Below, piece after piece: positions 50,191-59,470 of a stretch of 64,000 nucleotides of DNA. The stretch's first letter is position 1. Each line of letters starts with the position of its first letter. Source of the DNA: Streptosporangiaceae bacterium (GTDB lineage: Bacteria; Actinomycetota; Actinomycetes; Streptosporangiales; Streptosporangiaceae); contig JASHOL010000528.1 in the NCBI GenBank assembly GCA_030041135.1, positions 6,720-70,719 on the forward strand. The letters run 5' to 3'. A program made the position numbers and the translations under genes. Below the pieces are notes generated by a model that worked only from the letters and a program-made list of their open reading frames with translations, did not search any database and was not told the origin of the DNA.

Positions 50191-50568
50191 TCAGGCCACC
50201 ACCACGTCCATCTCGACCGAGGCGCCTAGCGGCAGGGCGGCGACGCCGAGCGCAGTCCTGGCCGGGAACGGTTCGCTGAAGTGCTGGCGGTACGCCTCGT
50301 TCATCGGACCGAAGTCGGCCATGTCCGTCAAGTAGACGCCAACGCGGACCACGTCGCCCAGGTCCTTGCCGGCCGCCTCGAGGACCGTGGCCAGGTTGCG
50401 CAGGACCTGGTGAGTCTGGCTGGTGATGTCTCCGTCGATCAGCTTCCCGGTCGCCGGGTCCTGTGCTACCTGCCCGCTGAGGAACAGCAGCGCTCCGCCT
50501 CGCACGCCCGGCGAGAACGGCCCGACCGGTGGTGCCAGCGTGTCACTGCTGAGAGCGGCTCGCGTCAT
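50191..50568 (-). CDS. RidA/YjgF-family reactive-intermediate deaminase
   Basis: Contains GPFSPGV..G.LLFLSGQVAQDPATGKL....I..QT.QVL.NL..VLEAAG. Confidence 0.85.
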   Translation of the reverse strand: MTRAALSSDTLAPPVGPFSPGVRGGALLFLSGQVAQDPATGKLIDGDITSQTHQVLRNLATVLEAAGKDLGDVVRVGVYLTDMADFGPMNEAYRQHFSEPFPARTALGVAALPLGASVEMDVVVA

Positions 50569-51725
50569 CGTCGATACGTCCTTTCAGTTCTTTCCCCTCC
50601 GGCCCCGTCGGCACTGTCCTGCAGCGCGGTGCCGATCACCGCCAGTGCCTTCTCCAGCACGTCCGGCGGTTCGTAGGCGATGCCGAGCCGGACGATGCTC
50701 GCCGCGTCCGCGAACCACGGGCCCTGGGCGACGAGTATCCGCTCCTGCGCGAGGCGGCCGTAGAAGCGGTCAAGCTCGGCCGGCCCGAAGAGGCCCGGAT
50801 CGAGCCGAACGCTGCAGAAAGCTCCGGCCTCCGGCCGTAGCCAGCGGAGCATGGCCCCGTGTGCCCGCGCCCAGCGAGCGGTGATGTCCCTGGCTGCGGC
50901 CATGATCGCGCCGCGGGCCGCGAGCACCTGGTCGGCCCGTTCCAGCACCCTGGCGGCCACGAATTCGTCAACGGATCCGCAGGCGACTGAGGAGTTGAAC
51001 TTCGCCAGCCGGAGCTGGTCATGAACCCAGGGATCGGAAGCGGTCAGCCAGCCGATGCGCAGTCCGGGCACGCCGTAGGCCTTGGACAGCGAGGCGCAGG
51101 TGACCAGCCGCGGATCGCGGCCGCCGAAGCTGGCGGCCGGGCGAGCATCGCCGTAGCTGGCCTCCCTGAACGTCTCGTCAATAAGCAGCACGGCCTCGGG
51201 GCACGTGCGCGACATCGCGGCGAGCATCTGCTCGACCTCGGCCTCGGTCAGCGAGACGGCGGAGGGATTCTGCGGCGACGCGAACATGGCCAGCCGGGTC
51301 CGGGCGGTCAGCTTGGCCCTGAATGCCTCCAGGTCGAGGCGATATCCGTCCTCGAACCTCGAGCGTACGGTCTCGACGCGGGTGCCCATTCCGCGCAGCG
51401 CGTCGAGCACGGGCGGGAAGCAGGGCACCCCGACGACGATCTCGCCGTCGCCGTAGACCAGCCCGAGAAGGAACAGGGCGCCCGCGGCGCCGCTGGTGAC
51501 CAGCACCTGATCGGCCGGGACCCCGTGCCGCGCGGCGACCAGCAAGCGCAGCCGCTCCTGGCCGGCGGACGGGCCGTAGCCCAGGGCCAGCCGGCCCAGC
51601 TCCGCGAGCGTCTCGGGATCAAGGACATCGGCCACGGTGAGGTCCGGGCCCACGCTCTCGCCCAGGTTGTACATCGGCTTCTCGTCGATCACGGCCGTGA
51701 TCGGGCTGGCCGGGAACTCCCGCAT
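50565..51725 (-). CDS. PLP-dependent aminotransferase, class I/II
   Basis: Contains SLSKAYGVPGLRIGW (PLP Lys). ATGA-type overlap with the RidA gene. Confidence 0.8.
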   Translation of the reverse strand: MREFPASPITAVIDEKPMYNLGESVGPDLTVADVLDPETLAELGRLALGYGPSAGQERLRLLVAARHGVPADQVLVTSGAAGALFLLGLVYGDGEIVVGVPCFPPVLDALRGMGTRVETVRSRFEDGYRLDLEAFRAKLTARTRLAMFASPQNPSAVSLTEAEVEQMLAAMSRTCPEAVLLIDETFREASYGDARPAASFGGRDPRLVTCASLSKAYGVPGLRIGWLTASDPWVHDQLRLAKFNSSVACGSVDEFVAARVLERADQVLAARGAIMAAARDITARWARAHGAMLRWLRPEAGAFCSVRLDPGLFGPAELDRFYGRLAQERILVAQGPWFADAASIVRLGIAYEPPDVLEKALAVIGTALQDSADGAGGERTERTYRR

Positions 51726-51816
51726 CGGCGCGATCCCCCTTCTGGTGACGAACGGTTACCTGGCCATGCTCACCGGCTAAAGGTGGCGATCCCAGAGCCA
51801 ATGCGGCAGAATTGGT

Positions 51817-53247
51817 TTGCAGATGAATCCAATTGAGCTGAGCGACCGCCTGGGCCGCTGGTCGTCGGGCCGGGGTCCGCTGCCTGCGCTGCTCGCGGCC
51901 CGACTGCGGCGTCTCATTGACGAGGGCGAGTTGCCGCCCGGCGAAGTGCTACCGCCCGACCGCGCGCTCGCCTCGGCCCTGGCGGTCGGGCGGACGACCG
52001 TCGTGGCTGCCTATGACCTGCTGCGCCAGGATGGCCGGCTTGTGCGCCGGCAAGGCAGCGGGACGCGCGTCGCCGGGCCCGAATCGGCCGGGCCGCGGCC
52101 GACGACCAGCGCCCCGCTCTTCCTGCACCTGCTCGAGCCGCAAGACGGAGTGATCCCGCTCGCGTGTGCGGCCCCGGATACGCCGCCGCCCGAGCTCGCC
52201 GAGGCATTCGCCGGCATCGTTCCCGTGCTCGCTGCCACTACGGGCGACATCGGCTACTACCCGGCCGGCCACCCCGCTCTGCTCGGCGCGATCGCCGACC
52301 ACTATGAGCACCGAGGCATTCGCACCCGGCCAGAGCAGCTCCTTGTCACCAACGGCGGCCAGCAAGCACTGTCGGTACTCGCCAGTGCCCTACTGGCGCC
52401 CGGCGACCAGGTGATCGTAGAAGGGCCAACGTATCCGGGTGCGCTGGAGGTCTTCCGGGAGCAGGCGGCAATGCTCCGCTGCCTGCCGGTCGGGCTTCCC
52501 GGCCTGGCCGCGGCCGCCCGCAGGCACCGGATCGCGCTGGCCTACGTGGTCTCAACGTTCCACAATCCGACCGGCGCCGTGCTCCCCGCGGTCGCGCGCC
52601 GCGAGCTGGCGCAGGCCGCTTCGGCGGCCGGCGTCCCGCTCATCGACGACGAGGTGCCGAGCGACCTCGCGTTCCCTGACGTGGCGGTGCCGCCGCCGAT
52701 TGCCGCCTACTCGAGCGACGTGATTTCAGTCGGCTCACTGAGCAAGAGCGTCTGGGGCGGCTGGCGAATCGGCTGGGTGCGGGGCCCCGAGCCGCTGATC
52801 GCCCGGCTGGCCCGGCTGCTGGCCGTGCATGATCTTGGCGGCAACGCTGTCGCCCAGATGGCGGCGGCTGACCTGCTGCCGCGGCTTGGCGACATCGTTA
52901 GTCGTCAGGCCGGAACCAGGCAGGCGCGACACGACCACCTGCGCCGGGACCTGGCTCGTTACCTGCCTGACTGGGATGTTCCGCCGGTTCCCGGCGGGCA
53001 GACCCTGTGGGTGCGGCTGCCGCGTGGAGATGGAACTTCGTTCGCGCAGGCGGCTCTGCGCCACGGCGTTGCCGTGCTGCCGGGAAGCGGGCTGGATATC
53101 TCCGGGGCGAGCCAGGCCTGCGTGCGGTTGCACTTCCTCGCCCCGCCGGAAGTCCTGACCGAGGCCGTCCGGCGGCTTGCCGACGCCTGGCGCTCCTACT
53201 GGCCGCCCCGCGTTCCGGCGACCGCACCGCCGGCGATGTCGGTGTGA
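51817..53247 (+). CDS. MocR/PdxR-type GntR-family regulator (wHTH plus aminotransferase-like domain)
   Basis: N-terminal GntR-like LP..R.LA..L.V.R.TV..AY..L, then an aminotransferase fold with SLSKSVWGGWRIGW. Divergent from the aminotransferase operon. Confidence 0.8.
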   Translation: MQMNPIELSDRLGRWSSGRGPLPALLAARLRRLIDEGELPPGEVLPPDRALASALAVGRTTVVAAYDLLRQDGRLVRRQGSGTRVAGPESAGPRPTTSAPLFLHLLEPQDGVIPLACAAPDTPPPELAEAFAGIVPVLAATTGDIGYYPAGHPALLGAIADHYEHRGIRTRPEQLLVTNGGQQALSVLASALLAPGDQVIVEGPTYPGALEVFREQAAMLRCLPVGLPGLAAAARRHRIALAYVVSTFHNPTGAVLPAVARRELAQAASAAGVPLIDDEVPSDLAFPDVAVPPPIAAYSSDVISVGSLSKSVWGGWRIGWVRGPEPLIARLARLLAVHDLGGNAVAQMAAADLLPRLGDIVSRQAGTRQARHDHLRRDLARYLPDWDVPPVPGGQTLWVRLPRGDGTSFAQAALRHGVAVLPGSGLDISGASQACVRLHFLAPPEVLTEAVRRLADAWRSYWPPRVPATAPPAMSV

Positions 53248-53270
53248 GCCAGGCCGCCGGGCTCGCGGCT

Positions 53271-53867
53271 TTACAGCTGGCTGAGCACTCCCAGCAGCGG
53301 AGCGGGCATCCGGCTCAGGTCGAGCGCGCTGACAAGCAGCCGGGCGTACCGGCTCTTGCCGCCCGAGCGCGCGCCGACGAAGCGGCGGAGCTGGCGCTCA
53401 GGATCCCGGCCCTGCTGCGCCGGCTGCAGCTGGAATGTGCGCAGTGACCCGAGGTCGCCTGCGGCCTTGACCACCTGCTCGACCGACGGGACGCCGAGCG
53501 CCCGGATGAGCTCGTCCTCAAGGTCAACGTGGCAGGCGTAGAACCCGAGCGATTCCATCGCCGGGCCGGATAGGCCAGAGCCGAATCCGCCGCGCTCGAG
53601 CGCGCGCCGGAAGTGTCGCTCCTCGGCCGCGTCGTAGAGCCCCGCGAGCCGGACTCCTAGCCCGTGCGGTCCGAGCCTGTCCACGAACCTGGCCGCGTTC
53701 GTCGCCCCGCCCATCGCGACAATCGAGACGCCTTCCTCGGTCAGCGGCCGGCCGAGGCGGTCCGCCAGCGTCTCAAGCGCAGTCCGGTCGCTCATCCCCT
53801 CGACGAGCACCACTGTCCGCGCCTTGACGGCGGCAAGGTGCGGGCTCTCCGGCGCTGATAGCACCAT
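53271..53867 (-). CDS. TOPRIM-domain protein (OLD-nuclease-like TOPRIM without an ATPase domain)
   Basis: Contains TVVLVEGMSDRTALE (Toprim Glu), ...SIVAMGGATN... and HVDLEDELI (DxD-like). ATG at 53867 has GGAAAGG upstream. The ORF is open to 53945. Confidence 0.6.
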   Translation of the reverse strand: MVLSAPESPHLAAVKARTVVLVEGMSDRTALETLADRLGRPLTEEGVSIVAMGGATNAARFVDRLGPHGLGVRLAGLYDAAEERHFRRALERGGFGSGLSGPAMESLGFYACHVDLEDELIRALGVPSVEQVVKAAGDLGSLRTFQLQPAQQGRDPERQLRRFVGARSGGKSRYARLLVSALDLSRMPAPLLGVLSQL

Positions 53868-54051
53868 CGACGTGACTACCTTTCCGAGGTCATCCGACAG
53901 CGGCAAGTATCCCGCGCACGCTGCTGGAGCGCGAAGGGCTCTCACCTCTCCCTAAGCGACGCAAGGGGGTCTTGCTGTTACGCTCTGCCTCCACAGTCAT
54001 CCGCCCGTGAGCTGCCGTTAGCGGCTGATCCATCCTGTGAGCGAGGATCAG

Positions 54052-54933
54052 TCAGCGCTTGCGGCCTACTCCGCCCCAGAGGGCTGAGCGGCTCTTGGCC
54101 TCGGCCTGGGTATCCGGCCGCCACTCGGGTATCCGCACGAGCCCAGGCTCGACCATCTCCAGACCGGTGAAGAACGACGCGACTTCGTCACGGCTCCGCA
54201 GCGTCTGCTTCTCGTGCATGAGATGCCGGAGCCGGTCGTGTGCCTCGGACCGGGCAGCAGACGCCTCGATGTCGGAGGACAGGTGAGAAATAGCCAGGCA
54301 GCTGCCCGGCGGGACGGCGTCGACCAGCGTCGTTACCGCACGGTGCGGATCGGCGTCGTCGCCGACCAGGTGCAGGATCGCTATCAGCATGATCGCTACG
54401 GGTTGGGAGAAGTCCAGGGTCTGGCCGGCACCCGCGAGGATGTCGTCGGCAGCGCGGAAGTCAGCGTCGAGGTAGGCCGTGGCGCCCTCGGGGCTGGTGG
54501 TTAGCAGGGCACGTGCATGGGCGAGCACGATCGGGTCGTTGTCGACATAGACGACTCGGCAATCGGGCGCAATGGCCTGAGCGACCTCGTGGGTGTTATT
54601 GGCCGTCGGGATGCCGGTGCCGATGTCCAGGAACTGCCGTATGCCCGCCTCACCGGCCAGGTACCGCACGACTCGGGCCAGGAACGCCCGGTTGGCCCGG
54701 ACGCCAGCGGCGATGTAGGGATAAGCCTGGAGTGCCGCGTCGCCAGCCTTGCGATCGGCGGCGTAGTTGTCCTTGCCGCCTAGCCAGTAGTCGTACACCC
54801 TGGCGATGTGGGCCACGCTCGTGTCGAAGGTCGGTCTTTCCTCCTGGACGCCCTTGCTAGTCGAGTGCTGGGCCGTTGCCGACGTCTCGTCCGTTGTCAC
54901 TGGCGTGCCCTTTCCTGCGGGGATGGCGGGCAA
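54052..54933 (-). CDS. SAM-dependent methyltransferase, DUF574 (Methyltransf_19) family
   Basis: Contains ARVYDYWLGGKDNYAADR and IRQFLDIGTGIPT....H....P..RVVYVDNDP. Confidence 0.8.
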   Translation of the reverse strand: MPAIPAGKGTPVTTDETSATAQHSTSKGVQEERPTFDTSVAHIARVYDYWLGGKDNYAADRKAGDAALQAYPYIAAGVRANRAFLARVVRYLAGEAGIRQFLDIGTGIPTANNTHEVAQAIAPDCRVVYVDNDPIVLAHARALLTTSPEGATAYLDADFRAADDILAGAGQTLDFSQPVAIMLIAILHLVGDDADPHRAVTTLVDAVPPGSCLAISHLSSDIEASAARSEAHDRLRHLMHEKQTLRSRDEVASFFTGLEMVEPGLVRIPEWRPDTQAEAKSRSALWGGVGRKR

Positions 54934-55212
54934 TGGCTGCCAATCCCAGGCAATTAGCGCTCAATACTGCAGACTCTAAGTGCTAACGGCACCGCCGCCC
55001 AGGCAACCGCAATATCGGCGACCGCGGGGGTGCCAGCGCAACCTGGGTGCTGGGAGTCGTTTCGCGCCCAGGCTGGAGGAGATGCTCAATGCCACCGGCC
55101 AAGCGAACTTCCGGCATCGTGGTCATCCAGCCAGTCACGGCCGCCGGCGGGCTACCGCGCAGCCTGTAGATGTCGCGTAACGAAGCGCAACGAGCAGTGT
55201 CAGCAGCGCGCG

Positions 55213-56319
55213 TCAGCCAATGGCCCGGACGGCCGGAGCCACCTCCGCGCCGAACCTGGATAGCGACGAGCGGGCCTCGGCGTAGCTGAGCGAGCCGAAG
55301 GCGAACGCACCGGCGAAGTGGTTCGCGCCGGAGGTCCGCAGCATCTCGGTCAGCTGCGCCCGCACTGTGCCGGCCGAGCCCGCGATAACCAGGCCCTGGT
55401 CGATGGCGCGGGCGAAATCCTGAGGCGTACCGAACCGGTCATCGCCGTGACGGCGCCACACCGCGGTGAACTGCTGGTAGAAGACCTCCATGGCCTCGAG
55501 CGCGCGCTCGCGGGCCGTGGCGTCCGACTCTCCCACGTAGATGTTGCGCATGATCCCGAAGCGCGGGGTGGACGCGCCAGCGCCTCCCGCCGGAGCTCCT
55601 GGCGGAATGTCGACCACGCCCGCGAAGTACTCGTCCCTCCGGCGCCGGGTCTCCTCCACGGTGGGAGACCTGAAGCTGAAGCCGAGGATCGTGTTGATCC
55701 CCTTCTTGCCAAGCTGCGGGATGCTCTCGGGATTGCTGCTCGGATACCAGACCGGCGGATGCGGGGTCTGAATCACCCTGACCGGGATCTCGGCGGTGAC
55801 ATCGGCGCCGCGGGCCACCACCCCGCTGGTCAGCGTGCACATGACCGCGTCGAAGTTCTCGTCGTACAGGCGCTGGGCGTCCGCCCGCTCGATCCCGTAG
55901 GCGAGCAGCTCATACGGGTTGCCGCCCTTGCCGAACCCGATTTCGAGGCGGCCGCCGCTGAGCTGATCGAGCATGGCGATCTCCTCGGCCAGCCGCGTCG
56001 GCTGGTAGAGGGGAAGCACGTACACCAGCGGGCACAGCCGGATTCGCGTGGTCTGCATCGCCGCCGCGGCCAGGAAAACGCTCGGCGACGGAGCCAGGCC
56101 CAGCGGAGTGCCGTGGTGCTCGGCCAGATGGTAGATATCGAACCCCTGGTCTTCGGCGTCGGCGAGCAGGTTAAGCCGCTCCCGGTACAGCTGGGCAGGA
56201 TCACGGACGCCGTCCGCGTCGATCCAGTCGAACAACCCGATCGTGACCGCGGGTTGTGCCGTGGGCTGGCTCACCGCCCCAACGTAGATGCCGCGCCATA
56301 CCGCGTCCAGTCTCGCCAA
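55213..56319 (-). CDS. LLM-class (luciferase-like) flavin-dependent oxidoreductase
   Basis: Contains FDIYHLAEHHGTPLG and GRLEIGFGKG. The start is uncertain; GTG at 56274 is an alternative. Confidence 0.75.
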   Translation of the reverse strand: MARLDAVWRGIYVGAVSQPTAQPAVTIGLFDWIDADGVRDPAQLYRERLNLLADAEDQGFDIYHLAEHHGTPLGLAPSPSVFLAAAAMQTTRIRLCPLVYVLPLYQPTRLAEEIAMLDQLSGGRLEIGFGKGGNPYELLAYGIERADAQRLYDENFDAVMCTLTSGVVARGADVTAEIPVRVIQTPHPPVWYPSSNPESIPQLGKKGINTILGFSFRSPTVEETRRRRDEYFAGVVDIPPGAPAGGAGASTPRFGIMRNIYVGESDATARERALEAMEVFYQQFTAVWRRHGDDRFGTPQDFARAIDQGLVIAGSAGTVRAQLTEMLRTSGANHFAGAFAFGSLSYAEARSSLSRFGAEVAPAVRAIG

Positions 56320-56570
56320 AGCGCCACGCGGGCGGTAGACGAAGCCCCATCGGCACGCTGACCGGGAGCAACAGTGCCAGACGGTCTCGATTCGGCAAAT
56401 TCACGTTCTGACTTCTTGTTGATGCTTCCCCTTTAGGGAAAGCCGGGACTACCCTTCGGGCAATCCCGGGGGGGACATCCGGGACAGCCTGAGCCCCAGC
56501 CGGCGGGGCATGCGCAAATAGGCCGGCGGTCCTTCGGGCGGCCCAGGCCGCCCCCGCAGAGGAGGTATCC

Positions 56571-57686
56571 GTGAGAGGCATATTGAGGGCCGTCGTCGCA
56601 GTGAGCGCGGTCGCTCTGCTGGCGGCGGCATGTAGTAGCGCGCCGAAGAGCCCGTCGGGCAGTTCGACGAAGACGTCGACCGCCAGCGCTAAGTTCCTTG
56701 GCTGCATGGTCACCGACACCGGCGGCATCGATGACAAGTCGTTTAACCAGTCGTCGTGGGAGGGCATGCATGCCGCCCAGGCCGCCGAGCCGTCCAAGAT
56801 CCAGATCACTTACCTGCCGTCCACGACCTCGGCGGACTACGCCTCCAACATCAGCACGTTCATCGGCCGCAAGTGCGGAATCATCGTCACCGTCGGCTAC
56901 CTGATGGCGGACGCCACCGAAGCCGCCGCCAAGGCGAACCCGAACCAGAAGTTCGCGATCGTCGACTGCTCCTACGCCTCTGAATGCCTGCCCTCCCCGA
57001 AGCTAGGCAACATCGACCAGCTGGTCTTCAATACAGTCCAGGACGGTTTCCTCGGCGGCTACCTCGCGGCCGGCATGACCAGGACCGGCATCGTCGCCAC
57101 CTACGGGGGTGAGGACTTCGGAACGGTCACCATCTACGAGGACGGCTTCTGGGACGGCGTCGAGTACTACAACGCCCACCACCACACCAACGTGAAGGTG
57201 CTCGGCTGGAGCGAGAAGTCCCAGAGGGGCAGCTTCATCGGAAACTTCACCGACCTCGCGGCCGGCCAGGCTCTCACCAACACGTTCATCGGCGAGGGCG
57301 CTGACATCATCTTCCCGGTCGCCGGCGGCGTCGGCCTGGGCACCGCGAAGGCGATCCAGATCGCGGACTCGTCCGGCAAGCACGTGCTGATGGAGTGGGT
57401 CGACACCGACGGCTGCATCAGCGCCGCGCAGTACTGCAAGTACATGCTCACCAGCGTGACCAAGGGCATTGTCGCGGCCGTGAAGAACGCGGTCCTGTCG
57501 GCCGCGAACAACACCTGGGTCGCCGGTAACACCTACATCGGGACCCTGGCCAACGGTGGCGCCGTGATGTCCCCGTACCACGACCTCGCGTCGCAGGTCC
57601 CGGCTGCGCTGAAGGCAGAGATCTTGACGCTGGAGTCGGAGATCGAAAGCGGGAAGATCAGCCCGGCCACGAAGAGCCCGGTCTGA
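56571..57686 (+). CDS. BMP-family (PnrA/Med-like) nucleoside-binding ABC substrate-binding lipoprotein
   Basis: Lipobox LLAAAC. Contains DTGGIDDKSFNQSSWEG. GGAGG precedes the GTG start. Confidence 0.85.
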   Translation: MRGILRAVVAVSAVALLAAACSSAPKSPSGSSTKTSTASAKFLGCMVTDTGGIDDKSFNQSSWEGMHAAQAAEPSKIQITYLPSTTSADYASNISTFIGRKCGIIVTVGYLMADATEAAAKANPNQKFAIVDCSYASECLPSPKLGNIDQLVFNTVQDGFLGGYLAAGMTRTGIVATYGGEDFGTVTIYEDGFWDGVEYYNAHHHTNVKVLGWSEKSQRGSFIGNFTDLAAGQALTNTFIGEGADIIFPVAGGVGLGTAKAIQIADSSGKHVLMEWVDTDGCISAAQYCKYMLTSVTKGIVAAVKNAVLSAANNTWVAGNTYIGTLANGGAVMSPYHDLASQVPAALKAEILTLESEIESGKISPATKSPV

Positions 57687-57781
57687 TCCTGATCTAGAGT
57701 CCGTAGAAGTCAGGAAAAAGCCGTCCGGCTGCCCGGTCCTGACCGGGCAGCCGGACGGCCGGGCGTATATGGAGACGGCCG

Positions 57782-59470
57782 GTGAAGCTTGAACTGCGCG
57801 GTATCACCAAGCGATTCGGCAGTCTCGTCGCCAACGACCACATCGACCTGGTCGTGCAGCCGGGCGAGATCCGGGCGCTGCTTGGTGAGAACGGCGCCGG
57901 CAAGACGACGCTGATGAACGTCCTGTACGGGCTGTACCAGCCGGACGACGGCGAGATTCTCATCGACGACCAGCCGGTGCGGATCCGGTCGCCGAAGGAC
58001 GCGATCAGCGCCGGAATCGGCATGGTGCATCAGCACTTCATGCTGGTCCCGGTGTTCACCGTGGCCGAGAACGTGACGCTCGGGGCCGAGCCGGTGCGGC
58101 GGCTCACTCTCCCCGCGCTGAACATCGGCGCACTGCACATCCCGCGGCTCAGCGTGCCGTCGTTCGGGCTGCTCGACCGGCGCCGAGCCCGCGCCTCCGT
58201 TCGCGAGCTATCAGAGCGCTTCGGGCTGAGGGTCGATCCCGACGCCCGCGTCGAGGACCTGCCGGTCGGCGTGCAGCAGCGCGTCGAGATCATCAAGGCC
58301 CTCCTCCGGGATGCCAGCGTCCTGGTCCTGGACGAGCCGACGGCGGTGCTAACCCCAGGCGAAACCGAGGACCTGTTCCAGATCATGCGCCAGCTTCGCG
58401 AGAGCGGACGGTCGATCATCTTCATCTCGCACAAGCTGCGCGAGGTCCAGGCCATCGCCGACAACATCACCGTCATCCGCCGCGGCAAGGTCGTGGCCGA
58501 GCGCCCGCCGTCCACCAGCGATGCGGAGCTGGCGGCGCTCATGGTCGGCCGGTCGGTGCAGCTGCGGGTGAGCAAGGAGGCGGCCAGGCCGGCCGGCGTC
58601 GTGCTCGACGTGCGCGACCTCAGCGTGCCGGCCGAGCACGGCGGCCTGGCGGTCGACTCGGTTTCCTTCGACGTGCGCGGCGGCGAGATCCTCGGGATCG
58701 CGGGGGTACAGGGCAACGGGCAGACCGAGCTGTGCGAGGCGCTGATGGGACTGCGCCCGTCTACCGGGTCGGTGGTGCTGGACGGCGAGGACATCGGCGG
58801 CGCAAGCACCCACGAGCGGCTTAGCGCAGGCATCGGCTACATCCCGGAGGACCGGCAGGAAGACGGCCTGGTCGGTGCCTTCCCGGTGGCGGACAACCTG
58901 ATCCTGGACGTTTACGACCGGCCGCCTTACGCACGCCGCCTCGCCATGGATCCGGACGCGATCAGGAAGTCCGCGCAGCACCTGGTCGAGGAATATGACG
59001 TGCGTACGTCTTCGGTGATGACGAGGGCGGGGACGCTGTCCGGCGGCAACCAGCAGAAAGTTGTCGTCGCCAGGGAGCTAAGCAGGCCGAACAAGCTGCT
59101 GCTGGGCAGTCAGCCAACTCGCGGCCTGGACGTCGGCTCGATCGAGTTCGTGCACTCCGAGATCGTTCAGCAGCGCGACCAGGGTGTCGCGGTAGTCATT
59201 GTCTCCTCCGAGCTGGACGAGATCTACGCCCTGTCTGACCGGATCGCGGTCATGTACGAAGGCAAGATCGTCGGCATCCGCGCGCCGGACGTCCCGGAGC
59301 AGGAACTCGGCCTGCTGATGGCCGGTGCCGCCGGAGACGGCCGCCAGGCGGGCGATGGGCAGGCGGCAGTCGGCGCCATGTCCGGCCCGCTCGACGCCGA
59401 CCAGGCTCTGGAGCTGCCCCAGGCGACGGCCGGCCAGGCCGATCCGCTTACCAAGGAGAGTGAGGCGTGA
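57782..59470 (+). CDS. ABC transporter ATP-binding protein with two fused ATPase domains (sugar/nucleoside type)
   Basis: Walker A GENGAGKTT, signature LSGGNQQK and Walker B VLVLDEPT. Confidence 0.9.
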   Translation: MKLELRGITKRFGSLVANDHIDLVVQPGEIRALLGENGAGKTTLMNVLYGLYQPDDGEILIDDQPVRIRSPKDAISAGIGMVHQHFMLVPVFTVAENVTLGAEPVRRLTLPALNIGALHIPRLSVPSFGLLDRRRARASVRELSERFGLRVDPDARVEDLPVGVQQRVEIIKALLRDASVLVLDEPTAVLTPGETEDLFQIMRQLRESGRSIIFISHKLREVQAIADNITVIRRGKVVAERPPSTSDAELAALMVGRSVQLRVSKEAARPAGVVLDVRDLSVPAEHGGLAVDSVSFDVRGGEILGIAGVQGNGQTELCEALMGLRPSTGSVVLDGEDIGGASTHERLSAGIGYIPEDRQEDGLVGAFPVADNLILDVYDRPPYARRLAMDPDAIRKSAQHLVEEYDVRTSSVMTRAGTLSGGNQQKVVVARELSRPNKLLLGSQPTRGLDVGSIEFVHSEIVQQRDQGVAVVIVSSELDEIYALSDRIAVMYEGKIVGIRAPDVPEQELGLLMAGAAGDGRQAGDGQAAVGAMSGPLDADQALELPQATAGQADPLTKESEA

